A stretch of 64,000 bases of DNA from Syntrophales bacterium (GTDB lineage Bacteria; Desulfobacterota; Syntrophia; Syntrophales; UBA2210): assembly GCA_023228425.1 (NCBI GenBank), contig JALOBE010000004.1:1912-65911 (forward strand), in the 5' to 3' direction. A program made the translations under genes and the position numbers. Numbering within the stretch: position 1 is the first letter of the stretch; each line of letters starts with the position of its first letter. The notes beneath the pieces were generated by a model, which was not told the DNA's origin, ran no database searches, and was given only the letters and a program-made list of their open reading frames with translations. This document shows positions 35,062 through 45,358 of this stretch, in pieces.

Positions 35062-35774
35062 AACATGATCGCGGCTTTACACTTGTTGAGTTGCTGGTAA
35101 CGATCGCGGTGATGATGATTCTTCTTACCGCCCTCTATGGAGCGGTGAATTCCGTACAGAAAAGTTCAACAGGAATTGAGCGTCGTGTAGACGCCCAGCA
35201 GGCGGTTAAGCCTGCCTTGGACCTGATGGCCATGGAAATAGCCATGGCTTCCTTCAACCCGAACTATACGCCCGATCTCTGGGTCAATCCTCCCGTGGGA
35301 GCAGGCGTCTGCGGAGACCCGTCATCAAACCAGGATTATCGCGGCATACAGGAAGCGACTGCCACGTCCATTACCGTTCAGATGGACATACGCGGGAGTG
35401 CCGACGGAAGTGCCGGGAACGGGGCGTTGGGAAACCCGAACGAGATGATCCGTTACAACTATGACGAAGCGAAGCAATTCATTACCCGGGCAACCAATTG
35501 CGGTTCCGGTCAGCCTTTTCTCGGCGCTTCGCCGGGAAATCACCGCGCCGTCAGGGTTATAAACGGGACACTGAACATCCCCCTATTCCGTTACTATGAC
35601 GGCACGGGGATGGAAATCTCCGCGGGCAGTCTCCCGGGGACAATTCCGGACATCCGGCGCATCGAGATTGTTCTGGCGGTAGAAACGGAAGATATCGACC
35701 TCATCACGAGAAAGAGAAAACGCATGATTTATGCAACCAGCGTCATACCAAGAAACCATGCAATCATACCTTGA
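35058..35774 (+). CDS. pilW: PilW-like minor pilin
   Basis: MKHDRGFTLVELLVTIAVMMILL. Its ATG overlaps the preceding stop (ATGA). Confidence 0.65.
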   Translation: MKHDRGFTLVELLVTIAVMMILLTALYGAVNSVQKSSTGIERRVDAQQAVKPALDLMAMEIAMASFNPNYTPDLWVNPPVGAGVCGDPSSNQDYRGIQEATATSITVQMDIRGSADGSAGNGALGNPNEMIRYNYDEAKQFITRATNCGSGQPFLGASPGNHRAVRVINGTLNIPLFRYYDGTGMEISAGSLPGTIPDIRRIEIVLAVETEDIDLITRKRKRMIYATSVIPRNHAIIP

Positions 35775-36282
35775 GGAGATACAAGAGGCGGGTTCTGAAC
35801 GAGGCATCGCCCTGGTGACGGCAATCATCGCCTGTGCCATTCTGCTGGCACTGGGCTTGCTTGTCATACGGCTTTCCACGGGCGATCTCCAGGTCAGTGC
35901 CAGGGCGGTGTCCGACAAAAAAGCGCTGGCCGCCGCTGAATCGGGAATTCACCGGCTCATTCGGGGCTACGACCCGTCAGCCGGCAACGCCATAACATCG
36001 GGGACATTCAACGCCATTCAACACAGTGACGGGCTGTGGTACCTGCAGGCCGATCCCGACACGGACTCCACATCGATGTACCATCACGGCGATCCGGTAA
36101 CGCCGCCTACGGGACATCCCTTTCTTCCCATGACAGGATACTCGATAGGCGGCGGACAATCGTGGGGGCAGCAACGCTTAAAGGTGACCGTCATCGGAAG
36201 GAGTACCGGTCATGACGCGAAGGCGGAGATCGAAATCGGCCTGGGATTTGGCCCCGTCGATATTTCAACCATTTCAAGGTAG
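35731..36282 (+). CDS. pilX: PilX-like minor pilin / pilus assembly protein
   Basis: 183 aa with ERGIALVTAIIACAILLALGLLVI, a PilX_N-type hydrophobic helix. Its operon position also fits. Confidence 0.6.
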   Translation: MQPASYQETMQSYLEEIQEAGSERGIALVTAIIACAILLALGLLVIRLSTGDLQVSARAVSDKKALAAAESGIHRLIRGYDPSAGNAITSGTFNAIQHSDGLWYLQADPDTDSTSMYHHGDPVTPPTGHPFLPMTGYSIGGGQSWGQQRLKVTVIGRSTGHDAKAEIEIGLGFGPVDISTISR

Positions 36283-36291
36283 GAAACTGTC

Positions 36292-39200
36292 ATGAGACAC
36301 ATACGCAGCATATTCATCGCCTGCACCGTTACGGCACTTGTGGCCCTGGGGGCCCATACCCTGCAGGCGGCGCAGCCGGCAGAGGGAGAAGAGGCGCTCT
36401 TCACCAATTCGGTTTCACCGGATGCCCTCGTCGTTCTCGATCTTTCGGGGAGCATGCTCTGGACTCCGGGGGGAATACCCATGTACACCAGCACGTCCTA
36501 CAGTTGCGGGAGCCAGAACGCTCCCTATTATGCGACCAGCGGATCGGGTCATGCCAGGCTCTGCAGGGCTTATCCCTTTTCAGGCTATTCGTACAGCGCC
36601 GCTCTGTATGATATGTACACGCCCACATGGTCAAACGCGGAATGTTCCGGACCGTTTTACTTTTCGTCCCGAGCGGGCTATAGCACCGATTGCACCCGTC
36701 TTGCCATCGCGAAACGCGCTTTGTTCAGCCTGCTGGACGACACCCGCGATGGAACGATAAATAACGCTGACGAGGGAAGCCTGGGGGTCCGTTTCGGCTA
36801 CATGCAGTTCTATGATTGCAATGCCGGCTCCGAAACAGAAACCAGCTATACCAGCGGATGCATACAGATTCCGGGTTCAGGCGGCAACCGGCGCTACATT
36901 GGCTCCCGGTACAGCCAGATCTACTGCAACAGCAACACAAGCTGCAACATTTCCAGCACCGGCACCTATTCAATCGGAGCGGCGAAGGCTTGGGGCGGCA
37001 CGCCTCTGGCGAACTCGCTGAACGTTGCCAAAATATACCTTGGCGCCCACAAGGCAGGCGACATAGCCGCCGAATGTCGACAAAAGTTCGTTATTCTTAT
37101 TTCCGACGGCGCCGATACATTCGCCTGCAATGGAAACGGCCAGGAAGACCAGCCCGGCATGGACCGGCGGCGGAGGGAATCGGTGGCTCGGGCCAAGGCC
37201 CTCCACGACGACGGCTACAAGGTTTTCGTTATAGGATTCGGCGCCGACATGCCCGAGGTGGACCTCAATACTCTTAACTGGATGGCCTATTACGGGGGAA
37301 CGGAAAATCCCAATGTGGAGAACATGGGCGACACAGGCGGATACGATCCTTCATTGTGGACGAGTTGCGGTCCCTCATCCACAGTAAACGATCCGGGGAC
37401 AAAGAGCCTCCGGGGATACGCTTTTCTGGCTTCCAATGCTGCGCAGCTCACGGAAGCGCTCACAACCGCGATCAGCATTATCCGCCAGGCGAATTATTCT
37501 TTCTCCCAGTCTTCAGTTCAATCCGTACGTATAGCCGATGAGAACCACCTCTACGAAGGCTCCTTTGAGCCCGTGGACAACGATTCATTCTGGAAGGGGC
37601 ACCTCAGGAAATATGAGATCAACGCCGATGGAACGGTAGGGAGCGTACTCTGGGACTCCGGCGAGATTCTCCAGTCCACGCCGGCTGCCGACAGGACTAT
37701 TTTCACCGTCAAAGGGGGTACTCTGACGGGCTTTACTGCGGCCAACATCACCGCCGCCGATGTGGGCGTTACTACGGATGCTTTGCGGGACAGCGTGGTG
37801 GGCTACGTCCGGGGCGAGCAGACCTACAACCCCGAGCAGAACGCTCTGGGGCAGGTGTGGAAACTGGGCGACGTGTTTCGATCCACACCCATTACGGTAG
37901 GTACTCCTTCTCCTTTTTACGAAGACAAGCGTGACCTCAATAACCAGTGGGGGGCCCACCGAACCTCCCACCATCGAAGTTCCGTAGCGGGAAACCGGCT
38001 CATAGTCGCGGGAGCCAACGACGGCCAGTTCCACGCTTTTAAAACCGGAGACGGGACGGAAGCGTGGAGTTTTGTCCCCCCTAATTTTCTGACGAAGCTC
38101 AGACTCATGACCCATGGCAGCCACCCGACATCACTGTCCCATCAGTATTTTGTCGACGGTCCCGTCACCGTAGCCGATGTCTGGCTTGGTACGGGCGACG
38201 GAAGGGCGAAAACTGCCGATTGGAAAACAGTACTTATCTTTGGCCAGGGACGAGGAGCGGTGGATGTCTCCTGGAGCTCTTCCGCTTCATGTGATGCCGG
38301 TCTCAGTCCGATCTATTCGACGGATACGCCCTTCTACTGCGGTTTCTGGGCCTTCGACCTCAACGATTCACTTGATCCGGTCTTTATGTGGCGCTTCGAT
38401 CCCGACGCCGCTCGAGCCCCTTATGTTGGGGATCCCTGGAGTAAAATGATGCCCGGCCGGGTCCGCTACAGGGAAGGCGGCCAGGAAGTCGAGAAATGGG
38501 TGGGTTTTGTGGGAGCCGGTTACAACGCGGGCAACTGCAAGGCCTCCGGGTGTGACCCGCGCGGGAAGGGTTTTTTCGTAGTCGATCTGAATGATGGTTC
38601 TATTCTCTGGAGCTACACCCGTTCGGATAACATCGGCATGGATTTCAGCCTTGCCGCCCCGCCGGCCATAGTGGACACAGACAATGACGGATTTATCGAC
38701 ACGGTCTACGTTGGAGACCTTGGGGCGAATATGTGGCGTTTCAAATTCTGCAGAGGTGTCGATATGCCGGATTGCTCCGCCAATGACTGGGCCGGAAGTA
38801 TATTTTTCAATGCTTCGTCGGGTCAGATACGGCCGATTTATACCTCTGCCGCAGTGGCTCGGGACAGCACAGGCAACCTTTGGGTGTACTGGGGCACAGG
38901 GGATAAGACTGATCCCACTGCCGCAAACGCTCAGGAGCATTTTTACGGTGTCAAGGACAACGACCGGACCGGCACCTTCGCTATAAGCGATCTGGACAAC
39001 ATTACGCAGGCCTCCGGAACCTATAATCCAGGCCCGGGTAGACCGGGATACCGGATCCAGTTCGCGGGACAAGGGGAAAAACTGCTTGCCGACCCCACCG
39101 TTTTCGGCGGTATCGTTTATTTCACCACTTTTACCCCTGCTTATGGAGATAATCCCTGCGAGCAGGGTGGATCGGCGGAGCTCTATGCCGTTCAAGGGAC

Positions 39201-39441
39201 GACCGGCGGCGGGGCTTTGAAGAAGGACGGCACACCGACGCGGAGTATGGCGGTAGGCGTGGGTATCCCTTCAGCCCCTGTCTTGTCCCTGAGTCCCGAC
39301 GGCAGCGGCAGCCCTGATCTTTATGTTACTACAAGCGGCGGCGATGGCATGTCGGCCAGCACACAACGGGTGGATATAACCCCGCCCGGGGTCTCAAGTC
39401 GTACGAATATGCTTTACTGGTGGGACCGTCGGATACGGTGA
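36292..39441 (+). CDS. pilY1: PilY1-like tip adhesin with an N-terminal vWA domain
   Basis: 1049 aa with a signal peptide, the vWA MIDAS motif VVLDLSGSM plus ILISDGADT, and a C-terminal beta-propeller with a Ca-binding-like DTDNDGFIDTVYVGDLGANMWRF. Confidence 0.8.
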   Translation: MRHIRSIFIACTVTALVALGAHTLQAAQPAEGEEALFTNSVSPDALVVLDLSGSMLWTPGGIPMYTSTSYSCGSQNAPYYATSGSGHARLCRAYPFSGYSYSAALYDMYTPTWSNAECSGPFYFSSRAGYSTDCTRLAIAKRALFSLLDDTRDGTINNADEGSLGVRFGYMQFYDCNAGSETETSYTSGCIQIPGSGGNRRYIGSRYSQIYCNSNTSCNISSTGTYSIGAAKAWGGTPLANSLNVAKIYLGAHKAGDIAAECRQKFVILISDGADTFACNGNGQEDQPGMDRRRRESVARAKALHDDGYKVFVIGFGADMPEVDLNTLNWMAYYGGTENPNVENMGDTGGYDPSLWTSCGPSSTVNDPGTKSLRGYAFLASNAAQLTEALTTAISIIRQANYSFSQSSVQSVRIADENHLYEGSFEPVDNDSFWKGHLRKYEINADGTVGSVLWDSGEILQSTPAADRTIFTVKGGTLTGFTAANITAADVGVTTDALRDSVVGYVRGEQTYNPEQNALGQVWKLGDVFRSTPITVGTPSPFYEDKRDLNNQWGAHRTSHHRSSVAGNRLIVAGANDGQFHAFKTGDGTEAWSFVPPNFLTKLRLMTHGSHPTSLSHQYFVDGPVTVADVWLGTGDGRAKTADWKTVLIFGQGRGAVDVSWSSSASCDAGLSPIYSTDTPFYCGFWAFDLNDSLDPVFMWRFDPDAARAPYVGDPWSKMMPGRVRYREGGQEVEKWVGFVGAGYNAGNCKASGCDPRGKGFFVVDLNDGSILWSYTRSDNIGMDFSLAAPPAIVDTDNDGFIDTVYVGDLGANMWRFKFCRGVDMPDCSANDWAGSIFFNASSGQIRPIYTSAAVARDSTGNLWVYWGTGDKTDPTAANAQEHFYGVKDNDRTGTFAISDLDNITQASGTYNPGPGRPGYRIQFAGQGEKLLADPTVFGGIVYFTTFTPAYGDNPCEQGGSAELYAVQGTTGGGALKKDGTPTRSMAVGVGIPSAPVLSLSPDGSGSPDLYVTTSGGDGMSASTQRVDITPPGVSSRTNMLYWWDRRIR

Positions 39442-39477
39442 CGGACGACCGGACAGACTGAAGAATCGATAAGCCGC

Positions 39478-40347
39478 ATGATGAAGCGCCGCCCCAGCCT
39501 TAAGGCCGGACCATCATCGGGGAAAGAGCATCCCCCGGGGATGAATTCAAGGACGCCCGATACTGATTCCCGGAAGAAGGCCGGGCTGAAATCCTTGATT
39601 TCTCGAACTCATGCAGCATTTGGGGGCCTGGCAATGCTTCTTGTTGCGCTAATGCTTTTCTCTTGGTCCTCATTCAGGACTTCCGACAAGCATCCTCCGG
39701 ATTTTAGAGAGACTTCAGGCGGCAAGGTGACCGAAACAGGTGCCGCCGCCAGGGGCGACATGCGAGTGACGAATGCTTCGAAGGCTGATGACAGGATCAT
39801 GATTCGACGGGTCCTTCTGACGCCTCCCACGCCTACAAAGCGGGATGTCCTGAAGGCCGTGGTTGTTCCCGCGGATGACGGCCCCAGTGGATTGCACTAT
39901 TTGTATGAATGGAAAGTCAATTACCGGACCGTCAAGAAATCCGACGATAACAGCCTCGAACTGTTCCCCTTTCAGGTGAGGGATCTTGTTTCGGTTTCCG
40001 TTTTTCCCTACGATAAGGATCGGCAAGGCTTCTCCGTTGAAAGCCCCGTGGCGGCAATTCACAGCGAACCTCCAACGCTGAGTCTGGAGCCAGCCCGTCT
40101 GCCCATAAGGTCGGGAGAGTCGATCCCCCTGCGAATGGTCGGCGAGGATCCTGACGGTATGGACATAACCTTCAGCTTGGAGCAGCCGTTCGTAGAGGGA
40201 ATGATAATTGACGAAAGGAGTGGTGAAATTATCTTTACGCCTTCGGAGGACCAAAAGGAGGGGACGATCTTTTTCGGAGCCGCCGTTGAGAATTCGGAAG
40301 GCACGAAGGTCACTAAAATATTTGAGCTTGAAATGACACTTGAATAA
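39478..40347 (+). CDS. Hypothetical single-pass membrane protein with Ig/cadherin-like repeats
   Basis: 289 aa with a basic N-terminus and a TM segment (FGGLAMLLVALMLF). The C-terminal GEDPDGMDITFSLE...GEIIFTP pattern is reminiscent of putative Ig domains. It is the last gene of the minor-pilin operon. Confidence 0.45.
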   Translation: MMKRRPSLKAGPSSGKEHPPGMNSRTPDTDSRKKAGLKSLISRTHAAFGGLAMLLVALMLFSWSSFRTSDKHPPDFRETSGGKVTETGAAARGDMRVTNASKADDRIMIRRVLLTPPTPTKRDVLKAVVVPADDGPSGLHYLYEWKVNYRTVKKSDDNSLELFPFQVRDLVSVSVFPYDKDRQGFSVESPVAAIHSEPPTLSLEPARLPIRSGESIPLRMVGEDPDGMDITFSLEQPFVEGMIIDERSGEIIFTPSEDQKEGTIFFGAAVENSEGTKVTKIFELEMTLE

Positions 40348-40432
40348 ACCGCGAAGGAAGATCATATTCTTACGGTCTTTTTCCAGTGTCCATCATGATA
40401 CAACCCGTTCGGTTCTGCCCGGATCGTATGAT

Positions 40433-42130
40433 CTATCCATCGAGAATCACCGGTGTAATAAAAATAAGCAGTTCCATCTGTGACTTGCGGAATGAACGTT
40501 CCTTGAAAAGCCAGCCAAGGATGGGAATTTTCGACAGCCCCGGAATACCCGACCCGCCCTTCGTGTCTTCACTTTTGTAAATTCCTCCAATTACGATGGT
40601 GTCGCCGTCATTGATTATGACCTTGGATTGGACCTCGCTTGTCATTATGGGAGGGCCTACTATGCCTCCGTCTCCTGCCCTGGCCCAGTCGGCATATTTA
40701 TTCTGTGCATTTATATCCAGGGAGAGCCTGCCCTCGGCGGTGATCTGCGGGGTGACATCGAGCGACAGTATGGCACGTATCGTTTTCGTCGTTAATTCGC
40801 CGTCCGCACCCGTTATCTGTACGTCGAATTCCTCCCCCTGGCTGATGGTGGCCTTAACCTTGTCAACCGTGGTTACTTTGGGCGATGATATGATTTTGCC
40901 GTCACCCACTTCCTCAAGGGCCTGCAGCTTTGCATCGAGAATCCAGCGTGATGAACCGGCGATGATACCCAGCGCGGGTGTCGTCGCGGCGGCCATGGAA
41001 GGGAAATTGACGGCGATATTACTGTTTGTCAGTCCTATATTATTCGGTAGTGTGGTCATGGATGTATTAAGTGACGGAGCTGAACTGCCGAAAAGTATGC
41101 CAAGGTCCTTGGTGTTCTCAGATCCCCCCCAGGTAGTCGTGGTTCCCGCGCCCCACCGGATGCCCAGTTCGCGGGAAAAGTTGGTGTTTACCTCGACAAT
41201 CCGGGCTTCGATGGAAACCTGCCTGACTCGTCCCTCGGCAACTTTCTTTGCCAGACGCTGTCCTTCGGCTTCCTCCATTTTCTTCAAAGGCATGACGGTT
41301 ATGACTCTGCCCCGGGTAGTCATGCCCAGTTCGTTCACCTCCAGTACTGTTTCCAGGGCCTGGTCCCAGGGAACGTTCCGCATATGAAGCGTCACCTTCT
41401 CTTTAAGATCGGAGGCGACGATATTATAGCCGCTCACTTCAGATATAAGCCGGAAAACGTTTTGTATATCCGTGTCCTGGACCACTATGGAAAGGCGTTC
41501 TCCCTTGAATTCAGGGGGATCCTCTTCGTGCAGCCGGAGGGCTTCACTTTCAAGGTGGGTCTTGATTGTATCGGTGCTCGGCAGGGGAAGGTTTCCTGAT
41601 GCGATTGTTGACGATGATACGGGGGATGATGAGGTCATGCGGGCGGCCGTGTCAAAAGAAATTACCACTGTTGATCCCGAGCGGTGCATTCGGCAGGGAA
41701 CTGTATCAGCAAGCTCCATGATAATGTCCAGGGAGGGACGGTCCAGGTCAATATGAGATTGAAGAGATACCTCCCGTATCTGTGTCAATTCCCCGGGAAG
41801 GTATCGCTCCGGGGTTCCCTCGTTCCTGACCGTGTCTTTTAATGTGAGGACGATAGTGTTTTCCGATAACTGTGACAGGTTCATCTCCTCAGGTATCCTC
41901 GTAAATACCATGGCGATGTCTTCCTTCCCCTCCCGTCGTTGAAAAAGGATGTCTTCAAGAAGGGCATAAGAAGAGCTGTCGTCATCGATTCCCTGTCCCA
42001 TAACCGTATCACCGGAAAATCTGTCCAGTGATGGAGTGCCGATCGGACTTTGTTTCCCCGCGCAGCCCAGGAGGAACAGGATCCCGATCAGCGCCGCCAA
42101 GCCGCAAAAAATTCTGCTTCTTCGTTTCAT
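40433..42130 (-). CDS. pilQ: Type IV pilus secretin
   Basis: 565 aa with a lipoprotein-like signal (LLGCAG), an AMIN-like N-terminus, and a secretin C-terminus (IPGLSKIPILGWLFK). Confidence 0.85.
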   Translation of the reverse strand: MKRRSRIFCGLAALIGILFLLGCAGKQSPIGTPSLDRFSGDTVMGQGIDDDSSSYALLEDILFQRREGKEDIAMVFTRIPEEMNLSQLSENTIVLTLKDTVRNEGTPERYLPGELTQIREVSLQSHIDLDRPSLDIIMELADTVPCRMHRSGSTVVISFDTAARMTSSSPVSSSTIASGNLPLPSTDTIKTHLESEALRLHEEDPPEFKGERLSIVVQDTDIQNVFRLISEVSGYNIVASDLKEKVTLHMRNVPWDQALETVLEVNELGMTTRGRVITVMPLKKMEEAEGQRLAKKVAEGRVRQVSIEARIVEVNTNFSRELGIRWGAGTTTTWGGSENTKDLGILFGSSAPSLNTSMTTLPNNIGLTNSNIAVNFPSMAAATTPALGIIAGSSRWILDAKLQALEEVGDGKIISSPKVTTVDKVKATISQGEEFDVQITGADGELTTKTIRAILSLDVTPQITAEGRLSLDINAQNKYADWARAGDGGIVGPPIMTSEVQSKVIINDGDTIVIGGIYKSEDTKGGSGIPGLSKIPILGWLFKERSFRKSQMELLIFITPVILDG

Positions 42131-42672
42131 AGCGTTCCTCTACGGTCGTTTCCTTCAACCCTGAGTATTGTCTGCTGTATTTTGATCTCACCGAAGGAAT
42201 CGATTTTCTTTTCTTCGATTATAACCTGATCAGGAAGGATTTCCACGACCTTTCCTTCATCCATACCGACGGCTGTTCCTTTGTAGAGATCGTATGCCGT
42301 TCCTTTTGGGTCCTCCACGATTGCCAGTCTTCTGCCTCCGCCGATCACAATTCCCACTAATCGTATCTCTTGAATTGTGAGAAGCTCCAGAGGGGAGCGA
42401 AAAAACGGTCCCCCGAGGGGTTCCGACTCTTCGGTTCTTTGCGGTATCGTTCGTTCAGCCGGTGCCGGGACAGGGGCCATAAAGGGGAGAAAGGGGTCGA
42501 CAGTAATGATACCAACGGAAGTATGTTCGTATCCCTGCTCCATCGCTCCTGTTTCCGCGACGCAAAGGGCCGGCCACAGCAGAACCAGGATGGTCACGAT
42601 AATCGGCATGCAGATGTTCATCGTAACATCCATGGAGGATATTCTTTTATGATTCCTTTTGGGGGTCGTCAT
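42127..42672 (-). CDS. pilP: Pilus assembly protein PilP
   Basis: 181-aa ORF; the true start may be internal. The C-terminal PilP beta-domain pattern (IRLVGIVIGGGRRLAIVEDPKG..YDLYKG) and gene order support the call. Confidence 0.7.
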   Translation of the reverse strand: MTTPKRNHKRISSMDVTMNICMPIIVTILVLLWPALCVAETGAMEQGYEHTSVGIITVDPFLPFMAPVPAPAERTIPQRTEESEPLGGPFFRSPLELLTIQEIRLVGIVIGGGRRLAIVEDPKGTAYDLYKGTAVGMDEGKVVEILPDQVIIEEKKIDSFGEIKIQQTILRVEGNDRRGTL

Positions 42673-43249
42673 GGGTCATTTCCAGAAACATGTACGTTTT
42701 CATCAGGCACTCGGCATCGAGCAGTAAAGGCCCTCCGGCATCTTTAGGGGTGGGTCCCCGAATGACGGCATCGGCCACGTTAACGATACGGGGAAGCCGC
42801 GAGACAGTATCAAAAAAGGCCGCGATATCCCGGTAATTCCCGCGGACTGTCATTTTCACAGGCAACTCCGCGTAAAACTCCTGCGATATCGGATTGAGCG
42901 GTTCGAAGAGCAGGATATCCAGTTTTTCCGTTTGCGCCGCCCCTGAAAGGGCGCTCAGCAGACTCGGTATATCTTTCTGTTCCGGAAGCTTTGCCAGGGC
43001 TAGGCGCAGGTTTTCATTGATTTCTTCGATTTCCTTCCGGTGACGTTCAATCTGACGGGCGACGGCCTGTCTCTGGATGATCTGGCGGTCCAGGGTTTCA
43101 AGTGTTTCAGTGAGAGAAGCCTTTTTATCCAGCGCCGCCTGGAGAAAGAAAAAATAATAAAAATACCCCAGGAGGAGTACAAGAACCACACCGATCAGGA
43201 TCTTGTATTTCATGGGGAGCGCTTTGATGTCGTCGGCGGTTATGGCCAT
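42647..43249 (-). CDS. pilO: Pilus assembly protein PilO
   Basis: 200 aa with a TM helix followed by a coiled coil. Supported by pilMNOPQ gene order. Confidence 0.7.
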   Translation of the reverse strand: MAITADDIKALPMKYKILIGVVLVLLLGYFYYFFFLQAALDKKASLTETLETLDRQIIQRQAVARQIERHRKEIEEINENLRLALAKLPEQKDIPSLLSALSGAAQTEKLDILLFEPLNPISQEFYAELPVKMTVRGNYRDIAAFFDTVSRLPRIVNVADAVIRGPTPKDAGGPLLLDAECLMKTYMFLEMTHDDPQKES

Positions 43250-43252
43250 GGG

Positions 43253-43798
43253 TTACCTCCGGATCGTCGATCCGGTCAGGGTGAAACTTTTGAGCTCCGT
43301 TCCGGCGTAGGGAACCTGCCGCACGGCCACTAGATCTACCGACAAGATTTCCGGCGATGCCGTCAGCCGTTCCATGAAGAGGGCGATGGTCCTGTTGTCT
43401 TTTGCCATCCCCTCGGTTCGAAGGTCCGTGCCTCTTTTGGATAGAAGGGTAAGCCACAGATCTCCTTCCGGGACGGTGAGGGAAAACTCTCTCAACAGAA
43501 GGTATCCCTCGTCACGATTTTTTTCGAGGCTGGTGATGACCTGGAGTTTCTTTTCCGCCAGGGCCTTGTCTTCCCGGTACTTGTCGATATCGCCGGTGAG
43601 TTTTTTCAGCCGGTCCAGTTCCGTGCGCGAGTCGGTGACCTGCCTTTCAAGGGCCGATATCGACAGGGTCATCCAGGTGTGGAAGCTTCCCACAACGAGT
43701 ACCAGGATAACGAAGGAAGCGGCGAAGGTTATGAGCAGCTTGCGGGCCCTCAGTTTTGCCATCTCTTCACGATAGGGAATGAGATTGATCCTGATCAT
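43253..43798 (-). CDS. pilN: Pilus assembly protein PilN
   Basis: 181 aa with the N-terminal MIRINLIPYRE motif and a TM helix. Confidence 0.75.
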   Translation of the reverse strand: MIRINLIPYREEMAKLRARKLLITFAASFVILVLVVGSFHTWMTLSISALERQVTDSRTELDRLKKLTGDIDKYREDKALAEKKLQVITSLEKNRDEGYLLLREFSLTVPEGDLWLTLLSKRGTDLRTEGMAKDNRTIALFMERLTASPEILSVDLVAVRQVPYAGTELKSFTLTGSTIRR

Positions 43799-44889
43799 AG
43801 ATCTTCCACGCTTCTGAGGGCAAGGCCCGTGGCTATGGGGACGATCGAGGCCATTTCCCGCATGTATTCACGGTTGAAGGTTTTCACGTCGTATGCCACG
43901 GCCTTGAACGGGTCCAGGGGTTCAACGTCGCAGCGCAGTCTCTGGGTCAGATCGTCCGTGATGCCCGGAAGGGATGACGCGCCTCCCGACAGGAAGACCG
44001 TGCTGATGAAGACCAGGCCCTGAGATGAGTTGAAGAAGTCAATGGATCGTTCTATTTCAGCCAGGACAGGATTTGCCAGCATGACCAGACTTTCTCCCCG
44101 CAGGCTTTCGTCGGGAAGGAAGCCGTCGCTTTCTCCGGCACGCCGGATCTTCCATGCCTCCGCCTCTTCAAAGGTGCCGCCGCGCCGTTCCTGAACGGCT
44201 TCGGTGACAAGGTCCCCACCCATGAGGATGTTTCTGGTAAAGACCGACTTTCCGCCCCTGACGATGTTGATGTTGGTCATGGCGGCGCCGATATGAACCA
44301 GGGCGAACACATCCTCTTCGGAAAAATCATAATTTTCTTCGTATGCCGTTTCCAGGGCAAAGGCATCCACATCCATCAGGACCAGCCGAAGGCCCGCGCT
44401 TTCGACGGCACTCCGATATTCCGCTATGACGTCGTGTTTGGCCGCCGCGATGATCACGTCGTTCTGTTCGGCGTTGTTCGCGTTTGCGCCGAGAACATGG
44501 ATGTCGAAATAATAATCTTCAATGCTGTCGATGGGCAAGTAGTTTCGGGCCTCGTCCCGGATTATCCGGCGCAGTTCGTCTTCTGCCATCTCCCTGAAGG
44601 TTGCCTTGGTGATGATGACGGAATATCCGGACAGGGCCATGGCCGCCGTTTTTGTCTTGCAGCCCGATTCCTTGATCAGGTCTTTGATGCACTGCGTCAC
44701 GGCGGAGCTGTTGTTCATGAGGCCCTTGCTGATGGTTCCCCGTTCAAGGGATTTCCGCGCGACGCGGGCGAGACGGTACCCGCCGTCGGTATGGATGATT
44801 TCAACCAGTTTTATGGAACTCGAACCGATATCGATGCCGACGATACCCTGTTTTTTCTTTCGTGACAGAAAATCAAGCTTCAGCTTCAT
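43795..44889 (-). CDS. pilM: Pilus assembly ATPase-fold protein PilM
   Basis: 364 aa with an actin-like fold pattern (VGIDIGSSSIKLVE). Confidence 0.8.
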   Translation of the reverse strand: MKLKLDFLSRKKKQGIVGIDIGSSSIKLVEIIHTDGGYRLARVARKSLERGTISKGLMNNSSAVTQCIKDLIKESGCKTKTAAMALSGYSVIITKATFREMAEDELRRIIRDEARNYLPIDSIEDYYFDIHVLGANANNAEQNDVIIAAAKHDVIAEYRSAVESAGLRLVLMDVDAFALETAYEENYDFSEEDVFALVHIGAAMTNINIVRGGKSVFTRNILMGGDLVTEAVQERRGGTFEEAEAWKIRRAGESDGFLPDESLRGESLVMLANPVLAEIERSIDFFNSSQGLVFISTVFLSGGASSLPGITDDLTQRLRCDVEPLDPFKAVAYDVKTFNREYMREMASIVPIATGLALRSVEDL

Positions 44890-44916
44890 GTGCCTTCCTT
44901 CAGAAGGTCCGGTGAT

Positions 44917-45186
44917 TCACGGTTCCCTGAACCGGTATATGATCTCGCCTTCCCTGACCATGCCCAGGTCTCTCCGGGCAATCAGTTCCAGGTAGTCCCG
45001 ATCGCTTCGCAAAAGGACTATGCGTTCGCGCAGTTGTTCGTTTTCCGCTGAAATTCGGCCGGTTTCGGTTTCGAGAAGAGAAAGCTTTTCCTTGATTTCA
45101 AAATATTCGACAAGTCCTCTGTCGCTGAACAGGATGAGGAGAACCATGGCGAAGAATCCCGCCACAAAATACCTGCCGATTTTCAT
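44917..45186 (-). CDS. ftsB: Septum formation initiator (FtsB/DivIC family)
   Basis: 89 aa with an N-terminal TM helix, a coiled coil, and DYLELIARRDLGMVREGE. Confidence 0.75.
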   Translation of the reverse strand: MKIGRYFVAGFFAMVLLILFSDRGLVEYFEIKEKLSLLETETGRISAENEQLRERIVLLRSDRDYLELIARRDLGMVREGEIIYRFREP

Positions 45187-45224
45187 GGCTTTCCACTCCG
45201 CTTCCGGTTCACAAGACCTTTGAC

Positions 45225-45343
45225 TTGCATCATTTCGAGGAGCATCGCGACGAGAACTTGTTCCTTACAGTCGTCATCGGACAGGATTCCCCCCCACGGT
45301 CGAAATGACCCAATCGATAGGATTTCAAAGGTCTTTTCGTCGG
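45225..45343. repeat. Repeat composite I (isolated copy)
   Basis: catcatttcgaggagcatcgcgacgagaac (antisense 31-nt module), then ggtcgaaatgacccaatcgataggatttcaaaggtct (terminal module). Confidence 0.85.
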
Positions 45344-45358
45344 GATGTGCCCTGAATG

